Shown here: positions 36,143 to 47,931 of the stretch, piece by piece
How positions within the stretch are numbered: position 1 is the first letter of the stretch
Layout: each line of letters begins with the position of its first letter
DNA from: Mytilus trossulus
Taxonomy: Eukaryota
Reading direction: 5' to 3'
Length of the DNA stretch: 64,000 nt
Assembly: GCF_036588685.1 (NCBI RefSeq)
Contig: NC_086379.1
Coordinates: forward strand, 58,032,001-58,096,000
Position numbers and translations under genes: made by a program
The notes under the pieces: model-generated
Databases searched by the model: none
What the model was told of the DNA's origin: nothing
The model's input: the letters and a program-made list of their open reading frames with translations, nothing else

Positions 36143-39100
36143 CACTGGGGTGAAGCTGATGACCGTAACTGCATTCACGGTCATCCCAAGATGTCGGACG
36201 AAAAATAAGGTCAGTTTCTGTATTTTCTGTTAAAGTGTTTCTATATCATTTTCTTTGCAAATCATACATTAAAACGATGTAAATTTATAAAAGAATCACT
36301 CGGAAACCACTAATTTCTTCCGAGAAATATGCACGAAACGGGAAATTCGATTTGAAAAAATCATTAAGATGACCGTAAATCACAATCGAGATGACCGTAA
36401 CAGAATCATAACAAGGTTGACCGTAATTGGTTTTAAGATGACCGTAATTTATAAATGATGACCGTAACTTTTAAAGGAAGACCTTCAATTCTAAGAAACA
36501 TCCGTATCAATATAACTACCTTTTTGTATCAAATGATTTACCGTGTTGGTATAAACAGATTAATATGAGAGTATTATCATATAGGTAGAAGGAAATAAGA
36601 CGTGCTTAAAATGCAAAGTTTACCATATTTATCTGTTTAACGGTAGAGGGTTTAATTTTTAAAATAAATTTGCAAAAAGACCTGCAAATGAACAGGTAGG
36701 GAAAACATACTCAAGCGCGATAAAATGACACCTTACAAGTACATGTATAATGAAAAAAAAATGCGGTGCACAGCCTGAAACTGCACGACAAAAAAGATTT
36801 TTATATCTCGGATCCCTTTCAATGACATATAATAAATACACATTTTTTAAATGCCAATGCACATTGATGTTATATCGTCTTCCATTTTGTCGTGTAAATA
36901 AAATAACAGAAAATATTTTTAAAATATCATACGACTAAACTAGTGAAGGTGAGATCCAGCAAAGTAGATCCTTAAAATAGTCTTGTACGAATAAAGTATC
37001 ACAAGGCGGAACTTTGACAATTTGTATATATACAGAAATGTTATTCATACAGTCATGATTCTACTTCGTAAAAAATATCTCCCCATTACGCCAGGCAATT
37101 CATTTTTCACAATCGTATAAATAGAATCCATTGTAGGGATGACGCGCTGCCAATTTTGCTCTTGAAAACTGATAAATTTATCCACATAGCACCATTACGA
37201 ACCTTATATGTCAGTTTTATTTTAAAAGACAAATGTATCTTCTAGCTAATGAGCATCAGTTAATGATTTCGTCTGCATTGATTCAACTTAAAAATATTGT
37301 CTGATCGGATGTCTGGTGGATTTTTCGAACATTATTAAGCATTTAAAAAAAATTCTAATTAAATATTCCGTAGAAGGGCAGATTAAAAGTTTTCAGTGGT
37401 TGAAGATTATAAACCCTTGTTATCACACACAAGAAAATCATTTTTTTTTCCGAAGATATGCATTTTCATCGTCAAAATTATAAGACTGTCGTCAATACTT
37501 TTAGAAAAATAGCTATTCGAACACACCTACTCTGTTTTTGTGATTCATTAGATAGGTATTTCACTTGCCCCATATATTTCATCTTTTCGCACTGTTATTT
37601 TTTAACGTTATAAAGTCAACATGTAGCTTTGATATATAGAAATGATAGAATCTTAAGCGAGATGCTATGTCAAATACTCTTGCTTTGTACGTTTTAAAGA
37701 CAAAATATACACATCAAATATGCCCTTACATAAAAAGGTTCACTCGATTTTTTCTTTTCGATACAATCGTTACCTATTTTGGGGAATTATTTCTTGATTC
37801 ACAGTGGCGGATCCAGAAATTTTCATAATTGGGGGCCACTGACTGACCTTAAAGGGGGCACGCTCTAGTCACATTTCAGTGATTCCCTATATAAGCAACC
37901 AATTTTTTTCCCAAAAAAGAGGGCGGGACCCCCTGCCCCCCCTTAATCCGCCTCTTATTCACATAATGGAAGGGCAGAGACGAAAATTTCTGAACTAAAA
38001 GATTGATATGTTCTCTGTCCGTGGCAAAAAAATAAAATCGAAGGTTATGCATTTTGACATCCAACTTATAGATACCCATGTCGTCGACTTGAAATCTTAT
38101 TGTTTTGCATTATTATGTAATAGATAAATTGAAAAATTATGCAAATGGTGTTTTTAAAATAAAACACTTCGTAATTGAGAAGAAAATTGTCGTTTTATTT
38201 TTACTTTTAAAGACTTTTGTTACTATATCTTACATTACAGTAAACATTTATCGCCTTCTCGATAAACAAAGAGCTTCCGTAAATCGATTATTGTGTTCTC
38301 TTTCAAGAGTGTTTCCGCCTGCATATATCAAGACAAATTAAGATTTTAATCTGCTTCCTCTGGAACCATACACATAGGCTCGATTACCGAATATTCATAT
38401 GTATTATTAATGTTTGTTATGCTCCATTTATTGGCATTATGTTTTTCTGATCTGTGCGTACGTTCGTCCGTTCGTCTGTGTGTTTGTCTGTTTGTCCATG
38501 CAGCTTCAAGTTGAAATCAACTTGAAACTTGGTACATATTTTCCCTATGGTATCACGGGCACTTGTCTCAGAAAAAAAATTCCTATATACGGTATAATAA
38601 GGTATATAGGATATTTTTCTGAGACAAGTGCCTGTGTATGGTATGATCTTTTAAATTCTAATGCTAAATTACAGTTTTATCCAATCTTCACAGTCCATTA
38701 AACATCGATAATGATAGTGTAGATGAGGCATCCGTGTACTAGGGACACATTCATGTTTCTTCAAATTTTCTTCGTATCGCTGTCAAGGCAATTTGTGTTA
38801 AAATTTTAACGTCGTTATCAATAAATATTTCATTGTTTACGAGAAATATGTAATTTACTATCATTGTCATAAATCCAAATACGGCCAATTATATTATAAT
38901 TTAAAAAAAGAAATTGATGAAACATATTTTTATCCGCTAACCGATCGTCAAACTCAACAAAAAGCTTTGAATATAAATAGTCAAATACGGATATTTCTTC
39001 TATAAAAGTTAGGGTCGTCCTATATAAATTACAGTCAGTCTTTACAAATAACGGTCATCCTTTACAAGTTACGGTCATCTTTTTACCAATCACGGTCATC

Positions 39101-39377
39101 CTTGTTATATGTTACGGTCATCTTGAAAATATTTTGATTATGATTTACGGTCATCTTAACGATTTTTACAAATCGAATTTCCCGTTTCATGTTACTTCTC
39201 GGAAGTAATTAGTGGTCCGAGTGATTCTTTTATAAATTTACATCGTTTCAATGTATGATTTGTAAAGAAAATGATATAGAAACACTTTAACAGACAATAC
39301 AGAAACTGACCTAATTTTTCGTCCGACATCTTGGGATGACCGTGAATGCGGTTACGGTCATCAGCTTTACCCAAGTG
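36143..39377. mobile_element. 3.2-kb non-autonomous CACTA/EnSpm-like transposon
   Basis: CACTGGGGTGAAGCTGA / TCAGCTTTACCCAAGTG termini, ~350-bp inverted arms, arrays of GATGACCGTAA subterminal motifs, ATT(ATT) on both flanks; no transposase ORF. Confidence 0.85.
37802..37955. mobile_element. Short CAGTGGCGGATCCAG-type MITE nested in the CACTA-like element
   Basis: Starts CAGTGGCGGATCCAG, ends ATCCGCCTCT; GC-rich like 3001-3138. Confidence 0.65.
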
Positions 39378-40380
39378 ATTATTTAAAAGGTCAGGCAAAA
39401 TTATTCTGCATTTTTTTGCAAAAATACTTAACTCCACGGACAATTCAAAAAGAATAATCCATATGTATTACTGTCAGTAGAATATCAAGGTATATATCAT
39501 ATACTACAAATATTTGGCAACGACTTTGTTTGTTTCAACTTGTAGGACTAGATGTTTTCCAGTGATATCGATCGATGTATCTGTTGTAGCCTTTTTGGTA
39601 CTCTTTTGTAATTAAACATCTTTTATTATAATGTTTTGCATTAAAGACCTCGCTAATCAAAATTAATTTAATTTATATCCAGAAGTTATATGTTATGGCT
39701 TGGTTTCTCTTTAAATATATACTTAAAATATCATACACCATTTAGATAAATGATCAAATAAGGTTTTTAAAATGTGGCTTTCATTTAATCTGGGGGCGAT
39801 TATAACTTCGTTATATGTTGTACCATAATATTGTAAGTACACATGGCTGTTAAACCTCAGTAGAGAATTGACATGCCGTTTCAAAATGGCATTTTTAATA
39901 TATTACAGTTTGCTGGATATTGTTAAAACTGTCAAAAAAGAAAAAGTTCTATTTTGTCTTCGTCTTACAAAAGAAGGACAAAAGATACAAGAGGAACAGT
40001 CAAACGCACATTGAAAACTAAATTAAAAACTGCATAGCTAAAAAAATAAAAATAAAACAGACAGACAAAAAATAGTTCACAAGACACAACATAGAAAATT
40101 AAGGGCTAAGCAACACGAACCCCACCAAAAATGTGGGTGATCTCAGGTTCTCCGGAAGGGTAAACAAATCCTTCTCCACATGAAGCACCCGTCGTGTTGC
40201 TCGAGTTATTACAAATCCGGAAAGTTACCCCAATGAGCAGGCTGCAAACACATTTAACGGTTGATTGTTAGTTGTATGTCAAATAATGAATTCTTATCCA
40301 ATAAGGAAAAAAAAGAAATTAACAAATGATTCAAAGGTAGTTCTACTTTTAGCCACATATCTTATTTTACAGCAAGTGAA

Positions 40381-41877
40381 ATGAATCAGCTATGCAATAT
40401 TTTGCGTGCTACAATCATCGTTCCGTTTTCTGCTGGTTTGATAAAGGAACGACGGAATGGAGGATTTTCGATACATGACGGCAGTATTGCAGGGATAGTT
40501 TTACTGACCACAGCTATGATCATCATATTTGAAACAATAGTTGTACTACCAGTGCATCAGTCTAGATTGTTGATGATAGGACTTGCAGGTCTGGCGTTGA
40601 TCTGTCTAGTGATGTGCAGTGTTGCAGCTCGGTGCCGTTCTAATTGGGTCGAAATAAAAACTGTAAAACCTAGCGATCAAATGAAACTGAAGTTTCTGTG
40701 GTTGTTTTGTATCGGGAATATTATATATCAAGCAATGCAACTAGCTATGCATCTCGTTTGCAAGATATACGACTTCCAAGTCACACTATTTTGGGCGTTC
40801 ACCTGGGCATTTCAGTTATTCCAAACCGTTTTCATTCACTATTTTTCTAGATATGAATTTGCCAATGTTTTGTGTTTGTATTACGGTTTATTGGTGTTAT
40901 TTGTGACAAATATTTCAATGTGGTCACAACAAACTTTCTATACATACAGAATTAGTCATGATATAAATATTAGCTATCTCATCAATAGCACGGTCTCAAA
41001 CTGTTTATACGATGATGGACTTTCTGAGGCAGTAGTATATTTGACTCCGTATCTGCAACCAGTATTACTAGAATACTCTCTTCTAAGTTTGATATTTCTT
41101 TCCGAAATGTGGCCAAAAAAGAAGGTTGAACTTGAAAAACTCAACATTTATCTTGCAAGAGATGCAGATGATGAAAATCACACATTATTGGTACAAAATG
41201 AAGACCTTGACAGTGAACAACATCCACTTCTGCCGCGCTGTAGTGTCTGGCATAAAAATTCAGTACGTGTCCTGGTAATAGGTTTATTGCATAACTTTTC
41301 ATTTCTGCTATTACAATGTATTTACATTTATGGACCGCGGGAAAAAATGACAGATTACAGGACATATTCTAACATTCTCTTCTTTTGTGCTAACTTTGTT
41401 CGAACGCCACTTATAATCAAGTGTTTCTATGCATTGAACGGACAAATATGGCCAAAACAGGAAACTAATAGTGGGATGAGCCTAGATCAGTTTGTTATAA
41501 TAACAAGTTCTTTTGCAACTTGTGGATATTATATTTCAGATTGTTACAGTGTTGTATATCCAAATTCAAAACCATTAGAAGTCCTGTTTCGAATCAATGC
41601 TGTCCTCCGTATTTTTGCAACACTATTTCAAACTTTATTCATTTTGCAAATGAAACACTACAAAAAGATAGGAAACCAAAAGCCTTTTTGTTCAGTTCAA
41701 AATACTTTTTTGTTTGTGTCCTTGGTAAATCTTGGAATATGGATGTCCTACACGTTTGTTAATCCCAGATACCGTTTGATACAATCTAGTTTTGTATTGG
41801 AAAGTTTTTGGTTTCCATTTGTAATTTTCTATCATTTTGAATGTTTCGTCGCATTTTACAAGTTTTTTCGAGCGTAA
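40381..41877 (+). CDS. Otopetrin-like proton channel paralog 4 (498 aa), recent duplicate of paralog 3
   Basis: Colinear with 28715-30214, roughly four of five residues identical by eye. Acceptor TTTTACAG ends at 40372. Confidence 0.92.
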   Translation: MNQLCNILRATIIVPFSAGLIKERRNGGFSIHDGSIAGIVLLTTAMIIIFETIVVLPVHQSRLLMIGLAGLALICLVMCSVAARCRSNWVEIKTVKPSDQMKLKFLWLFCIGNIIYQAMQLAMHLVCKIYDFQVTLFWAFTWAFQLFQTVFIHYFSRYEFANVLCLYYGLLVLFVTNISMWSQQTFYTYRISHDINISYLINSTVSNCLYDDGLSEAVVYLTPYLQPVLLEYSLLSLIFLSEMWPKKKVELEKLNIYLARDADDENHTLLVQNEDLDSEQHPLLPRCSVWHKNSVRVLVIGLLHNFSFLLLQCIYIYGPREKMTDYRTYSNILFFCANFVRTPLIIKCFYALNGQIWPKQETNSGMSLDQFVIITSSFATCGYYISDCYSVVYPNSKPLEVLFRINAVLRIFATLFQTLFILQMKHYKKIGNQKPFCSVQNTFLFVSLVNLGIWMSYTFVNPRYRLIQSSFVLESFWFPFVIFYHFECFVAFYKFFRA

Positions 41878-44800
41878 AGGAAATTTCGTATGAATTTTTA
41901 ATGACAACAATCGTACATGAATTGAACATTTCATTGTCGTTATTATATTACCAAATTCTATGTTAATTATAAAATTGTATAAGCATTCGTTTCGTAGTTT
42001 TTCTTTACAGTTAAAAGGACACAATGCAATTAATCTGTAAATATAATACAAAGAGCATTACAATAAGTAAGGATGTCACATGAAATGTCATTATGACTTC
42101 GTATAACATATACGTTCTGGATTTTTATATTAATATTTTCAATTTCATTACGTTCCTACCAACAAAATGAGCACAAAGAAACTATAACTAGATGAATTTC
42201 AAGGGTTTGTCTATAGTAACATGCTTACTTCGTTTCATTGGTACTTGCGCTCGATAGTAACACTTTTTAACGTATAACCCTATTTTTATCGTCTTTTTAC
42301 CTTAAAATTACGGAAATGATTGAAGCAGTTTAATTAAAATGACATTTTTTGGCACATATCGGTGATTTATTTTCTGCATTGATATCGATTTTTGGCTCAA
42401 ATATGAAACTCTGAAAAATCACCTCTTTGTGGTTTTTATATTTTCGTTTTATTTGTGGGTTAATACCATTTTTTTGTTTTTCCTTTCTCGTTCTTGTTCT
42501 TTTATTTGTTCGCTTGTCTTATTTTGTCTATATATAAAAAAGAAGATGTGGTATGATTTCCAATGAGACAACTATCCACAAAAGATCAAAATGACACAAA
42601 CATTAACATCTATAGGTCACCGTACGGCCTTTTTTGTTTGTTTGTCTTGATATTAGTTTGCTTCACTGTCTCAAATAGAGGTCATGTCTAAGGCATTTGA
42701 AATGTTCCGGTATTTGTAATAAATTGTAAATACACTTGTACATAACACAAACTAGTCATTATCATTATATTGTTACATTGTTGTTGATCATTATCTTTGG
42801 CTATATTTACATATCAGTGTGATCTTTTATAATATTAAAGTTCAGTTTTTTGCAATTAATTCAATAAGAAAACAAGATAGGGCAGTGCTTCTCACTTCCT
42901 CAAGCCTCAGTCATAATAACCTTCCAACATTCTCGAACTGAACAAAGAAATATCACAATGGATGCCGTATACGTTGCAGAAAATGCTTACCCTTCCGGAG
43001 CACCTGGTTTCACTCTTGGTTTTTAGTGGAGTTTCGTGTTGTTTCTTATTTATTATTTATAACTGTTGATGTAAATGTCATTTGGTTTTGTGAGTTTGTT
43101 TACTCCTTGGTTTTGATTGTTATTGTCTTCTATACAAAAGCAGTGATAAGAAAACAGACATTTAAGGACAGAAATTTAGTAGCAATTAAAATTTCATTAT
43201 CTAAGAAATAGCTATAATAAAACATCTGTATCTTATAAATAATTACAGTTATAATATGCCATTTTACTAATGATCACTAGTAGTAGTGTTTATGTCTTTT
43301 CATAAATTAATATTTACCTTAACATGACACAGTTTAACTTGTTTTTCTTATGATTACAATCCGGAAGAAATAAAAAAAAGTGTGAGCTATCATATCATTT
43401 AAATAAATTGCTGACATCCATGTGTCTGTTAGTCTTTATCCATTGTTTGCTTGTCGCAGTTGGGATGAGACTATTTCTGTTTTATCAAAACTATTGGCTG
43501 ATTTAAACTAGAGAAAAGATGACTTTATTGATAACTTCTATGTAAATCAGATGATACCTCCCACATCATCGGGGCTTACGCATCCTTAGATATAAGAAGC
43601 TTTAATCTAATACATCATCAAATAATTCTTCGTACCGCATGTAGTCTATGGTTACTAGAAGATATCTAAATTTCAAATCTTTAATTTAAATGATTTTTAA
43701 CCGGATTTTTAAAGGACAAAATCTGTTATTTGTTTGGGAATGTAGAACAGGCGGTATGTGGGTGGATGTTCGTTTGCCTGCCAAGCAGTGTCCATTTATT
43801 AACATGAAAACGCTTTGTCGAAAACTAATAAATTTGAAGATATTGCTTCGAATAAATAAAGGTCAATTTCAATTTTGTGATTTTAGCTGTTCTCGTTCCT
43901 GAGTTGTAGAATTTTCAGTAGAATAAGTGATAAAGTAAATTTTTTTTATAATTTAGACCTATTTCCTTTTGAACATGAATTTTGTAACTACTAAGCATAT
44001 TTGTAAATAGACTATGCATTATTTTATCTGTTTTATTAATGCAATAGTTTCTACCTTTTATCACCGTATCAAACATGTTGTAATTATCAACGTACATAAC
44101 TTTATATTGGCGTGAAAGATTAATTTAAAATTTTTGAGTTTGTAACTCTTTATTTGATTCTGTGAACAACAGTGTAACCTAATGTTCAAACAGTTCAAGA
44201 CAAATAACTTTGATTGAGAAAAGGCACACGATTATAAGCCTTGTACCTTGATATTGGCGTGACATCAAGACGTCACTAACAACTTAATAAAAAAAAAGCT
44301 GATTTACTGTTAAATATGAAGCACCAATATTTTATTGATATGTTGTGCACCAAAAACAAAAATACACGTGATGGAAGAAAAGGTTAATAATCAGAAAAAA
44401 ATTGACAGATCTTTTCACTGCAAAGTAACAGAAATAAACAACTGTACCTAATTAAATAAACGACAGTTTTGCACATTGCACTTATTTTTTAAGAGTCATC
44501 GTGAGTAAAAATAAATAAAACCTTCCTGTTTCGATTAATGCACAAGGAAACAATATCGATAAGGATGACTGAAGATCAAACTACAAACAAAAATTCCCAT
44601 GAATCACAATAAAACAGGCGAAGAATACTCATCGCTTAACGTACTTCCCTACAGTAATATTCATACAGATTATACAGAGCTAGGTTGAATAAAGTCGACA
44701 CGAAAGGTAGGAACTTTAAAGTATCATATTTTCTTGATGCGTTATATTATACGAAGAATAAATTATAATTGTATTTCCTGTTTATTATAATGATAAGCAT

Positions 44801-45139
44801 GATAAGTGTTTAATGCATGATCAAAGTGTCTAAACATGGTTTAATTAGAAAAGGAAGTGAAGATTAATGATCCGGTTCAATCCACTTACATTTACCATGG
44901 TGCTATTTTGGTAATGATAAAGAACGCTATTAAACTGTATATAACTATACATGGCTGCCAAATGAGCTTGTCTGAAAAAAATAGGGACGAAAGATACCAG
45001 AGGGACAGTCCAACTCATTAGTCGAAAATAAACTGACAACGCCATGGCTAAAAAATAAAAAGACAAACAGACAAATAATAATTTGGATGGAGAGTTGTCT
45101 CTTTGGCACTAACTCCACATCTTCCTATATCTAAATAAT

Positions 45140-45560
45140 AGTACAGAAGACACAACATAGAAAACTAAAGATTAAGCAACACGAATCCTACCAAAAATGG
45201 GGGTGATTCCGGTTGCTCCGGAAGAGTAAGCAGATACTGCTCCACATGTACCACCCGTCGTGTTGTTCATTTTATTACAAATCCGATAAATAGTATATTT
45301 CGGAAGGTCACATAAAAAGTAAAAAGGGAACATAAGGAAAATATCAGATATCATCTGTGAAATGGTTATTCCATAACGGTCAACCAACTCTTGATGTCGT
45401 TACGAAGAGATTATTTAAACGTCACCATTTGGAACTCTTGGTTTAATAGCTTTCTTGTGAGCAACAATCCTTTATCAAGGAAATCATGATAGGAAACACA
45501 AGCCCCGGAATATCAATTGGGAGATATATACTCCGTATGCAGGCGCTGCTGGAATGTTAG
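45140..45560 (-). mobile_element. Degenerate Penelope-like 3' end/tail
   Basis: Similar to 5150-5530 and 6050-6230 (AACATTCCAGCAGCGCCTGCATACGGAGTATATATCTCCCAATTGATA = NIPAAPAYGVYISQLI). Confidence 0.65.
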
Positions 45561-47050
45561 TTTAAACATATTTTATTGTCCAAAAACATTGACAATAGGA
45601 TTAGACACAAGTTTTGCAACTCAGAACGTCTTCTCCATTACATACAAATAATAAATAACCGAACAAAAATGAAATACATAATAATAACATCTTAAACAAT
45701 ATTAATATGAAGACATGAAACTAACGAGAATTTAAACGACATGACTCATCTATTTCTAAAAGTCGAGTTGACCGTAAATTTGTATGATAGACCTACCTGG
45801 TAGGTTGTATTAATCTTGGAATAAATATTCCCTCAAAAGGTAAGTGTTTACTGTATTTTAAACAAATAAGTTAAATTGTTGTTGTCAACTGATGAATTAT
45901 ATACTAAAATCAAATTGATGATCCATGTCTTAGGAAAAAATGAACAATTTCATTCGAAGTCAACAAAAAGTAATAACATTGTTATTGGTATATATTTAAC
46001 CATAATGTCTATAAACTATGAAAAGCTATTGGTCTCTTTAATATAATTCTGCACTTTTATAAAAATTAGCCTGTTTATGTTAAAAGTAAACAAAGCATTG
46101 CCGTACATTAAATTTTCAAAGTCGATAGGTATATTTTCTTTTCTAAGTTCAAAAAATAAGGTATTCCTTTGCACTGTATAATTTTTACACGAGAGGAAAT
46201 AATGTTGGGCATTTTCGTATAAATAACCACATTGACACATTGCGTTAGTTTTAATATTAGCGTGATACAGATCCATGTTCAGGGCACTGCATTTGTTCCT
46301 TAATCTTGCGTGTAAAACATTTAAATATCTATCGCCAATATTGAAATATGTAGGGGGTGATTTGTTTTTATAATATTTCTGTTTAATTTTCAATTTAAAC
46401 ATATTTAAAGAAAGTTCATTTCTAACACTTAAATCAAGCGAATTCCACAGTTTGATACTAGATGGAATAAATGATTCCTGATAAAGAGACAGTCTGCTAG
46501 AGGTTTGGTATATATTTTGACTGCTTCGTAGATTGTAATTGTTTGTTTCTGCAACTGTAGGGGGTATTAAATCTAATAAATATTCTGGGGCATCCTCTTT
46601 CATAATTTTGTAAAATAAAGTTAATTTCTTAACTTCCCGTCTAATCCTTAATGTTTCCCATCCCGTCTCTAAATAAAGTGATTGAGTGCTAGCATAGCCT
46701 GTTAGACCAGTGACAATACGTGCTGCTTCCAGTTGTAATTTTTCTAATCTTTCAGAATTCAACTGTCCGCAATTATCCCAAACTTCAGAAGAATATTCTA
46801 GAACAGGCCTTATAAAAGTTAAATATATTTTTTCTAAATATTCCCTTTTTAGTCGGAATTTCAAACGTCGAAGAACATTTAATTGTTTTGATACCTTTTC
46901 TATTAAAGAATCGACATGCTTGGCCCACTTACAATCACTGCTAAAAAATATGCCTAAATGTTTATGACTAGTAACTGTATCTACCTGAACTCCGCCAAAA
47001 TTAAAAATCAAGTTATTTTTTAGGAATGTTGATATGGAAAGTAACATTTA
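45561..47050 (-). mobile_element. 5'-truncated CR1/L2-group LINE (RT C-terminus plus 3' UTR)
   Basis: ORF 46016-47047: HKHLGIFFSSDCKWAKHV, YLTFIRPVLEYSSEVWDNC, LEKLQLEAARIVTG, C-terminal CQCG...HYFLSC. 3' end AATAAAATATGTTTAAAC at ~45561-45578. Confidence 0.88.
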
Positions 47051-47931
47051 TTCTCAATATTCAATATTCACCATTTCAGAAACTTAAACCTTCCGGATAT
47101 AAAAGCATACACCAAAAGAATCCGATTGGTGAGCAAAAAAAGATATAAAAAAATAAAATAACAAAAATACAAAACTCCGAGGAAAATTCAAAAACGGAGA
47201 GTTCATAATCAAATGGCAAAATCAAAAGCTTAAACACAGCAAACGAATGGATATCAACTGTCATATTCCTGGATTGATACAGGCTGTTTGTATATAGAAA
47301 ATAGGGGATTAAACCCGGTTTTATAGCTAGCTAAATCTCTGACTTGTATAGCAGTCACATAACGTTCCTTTATATTGACAACGATGTGTGAACAAAACAA
47401 ACACGGGACATAATTCCAATCACGTCACGTTCCTCATTTTGGTTTATAAAACAATACATGTTAAAACTATTAAAATTCATTTTGTATCTAAATCAGTTAA
47501 TTTTAACTATACGTTGTCTAACACATTAGTTTAATTTGAAATTATTTCGAATTATTTCACAACCTGTCAATGCCATGGCCATAATAAGATAATAGATACA
47601 TTGATGTTGTGAAACGCATATTTTGATTATTTTACTCAAAACGATGCATATATGTTAATGAAAGAAAAGAGCAGGAAGTTTTTCTTGTAAGAATATTGCA
47701 TTTTGATTAGTGTTATCAGGTAAGAATGGTTGGTATTCTTGATAAATACCAAATGACTGATATCCGCTCATTTGAACATATCTGATTACTGTCCTATAAT
47801 TTTTTTAAACTACTGTGACTATCTATTTCAGGGGGAAATGATTTGAAATATTGACACCGTTCAATGGTCATCTCGAAACTAAATAATCGTTTAATAAGAT
47901 AAACTTCCATATTACGACGACAGCATCAAAC

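Noticed and set aside
36150-36480. GATGACCGTAA repeats with variable spacers as a CRISPR-like array
   Set aside because: Repeats are only 11 bp, are mirrored at 39050-39365 and lie inside transposon TIRs; eukaryotic context with no cas genes.
22546-45387. Numerous 60-130 aa ORFs in intergenic DNA
   Set aside because: F/I/L/K-rich translations of AT-rich or repeat sequence, with no motifs or splice support.
46016-47047. 343-aa ORF as a host gene
   Set aside because: It is the C-terminal part of a LINE ORF2 with the element's 3' tail; the YADD-type catalytic core is truncated away.
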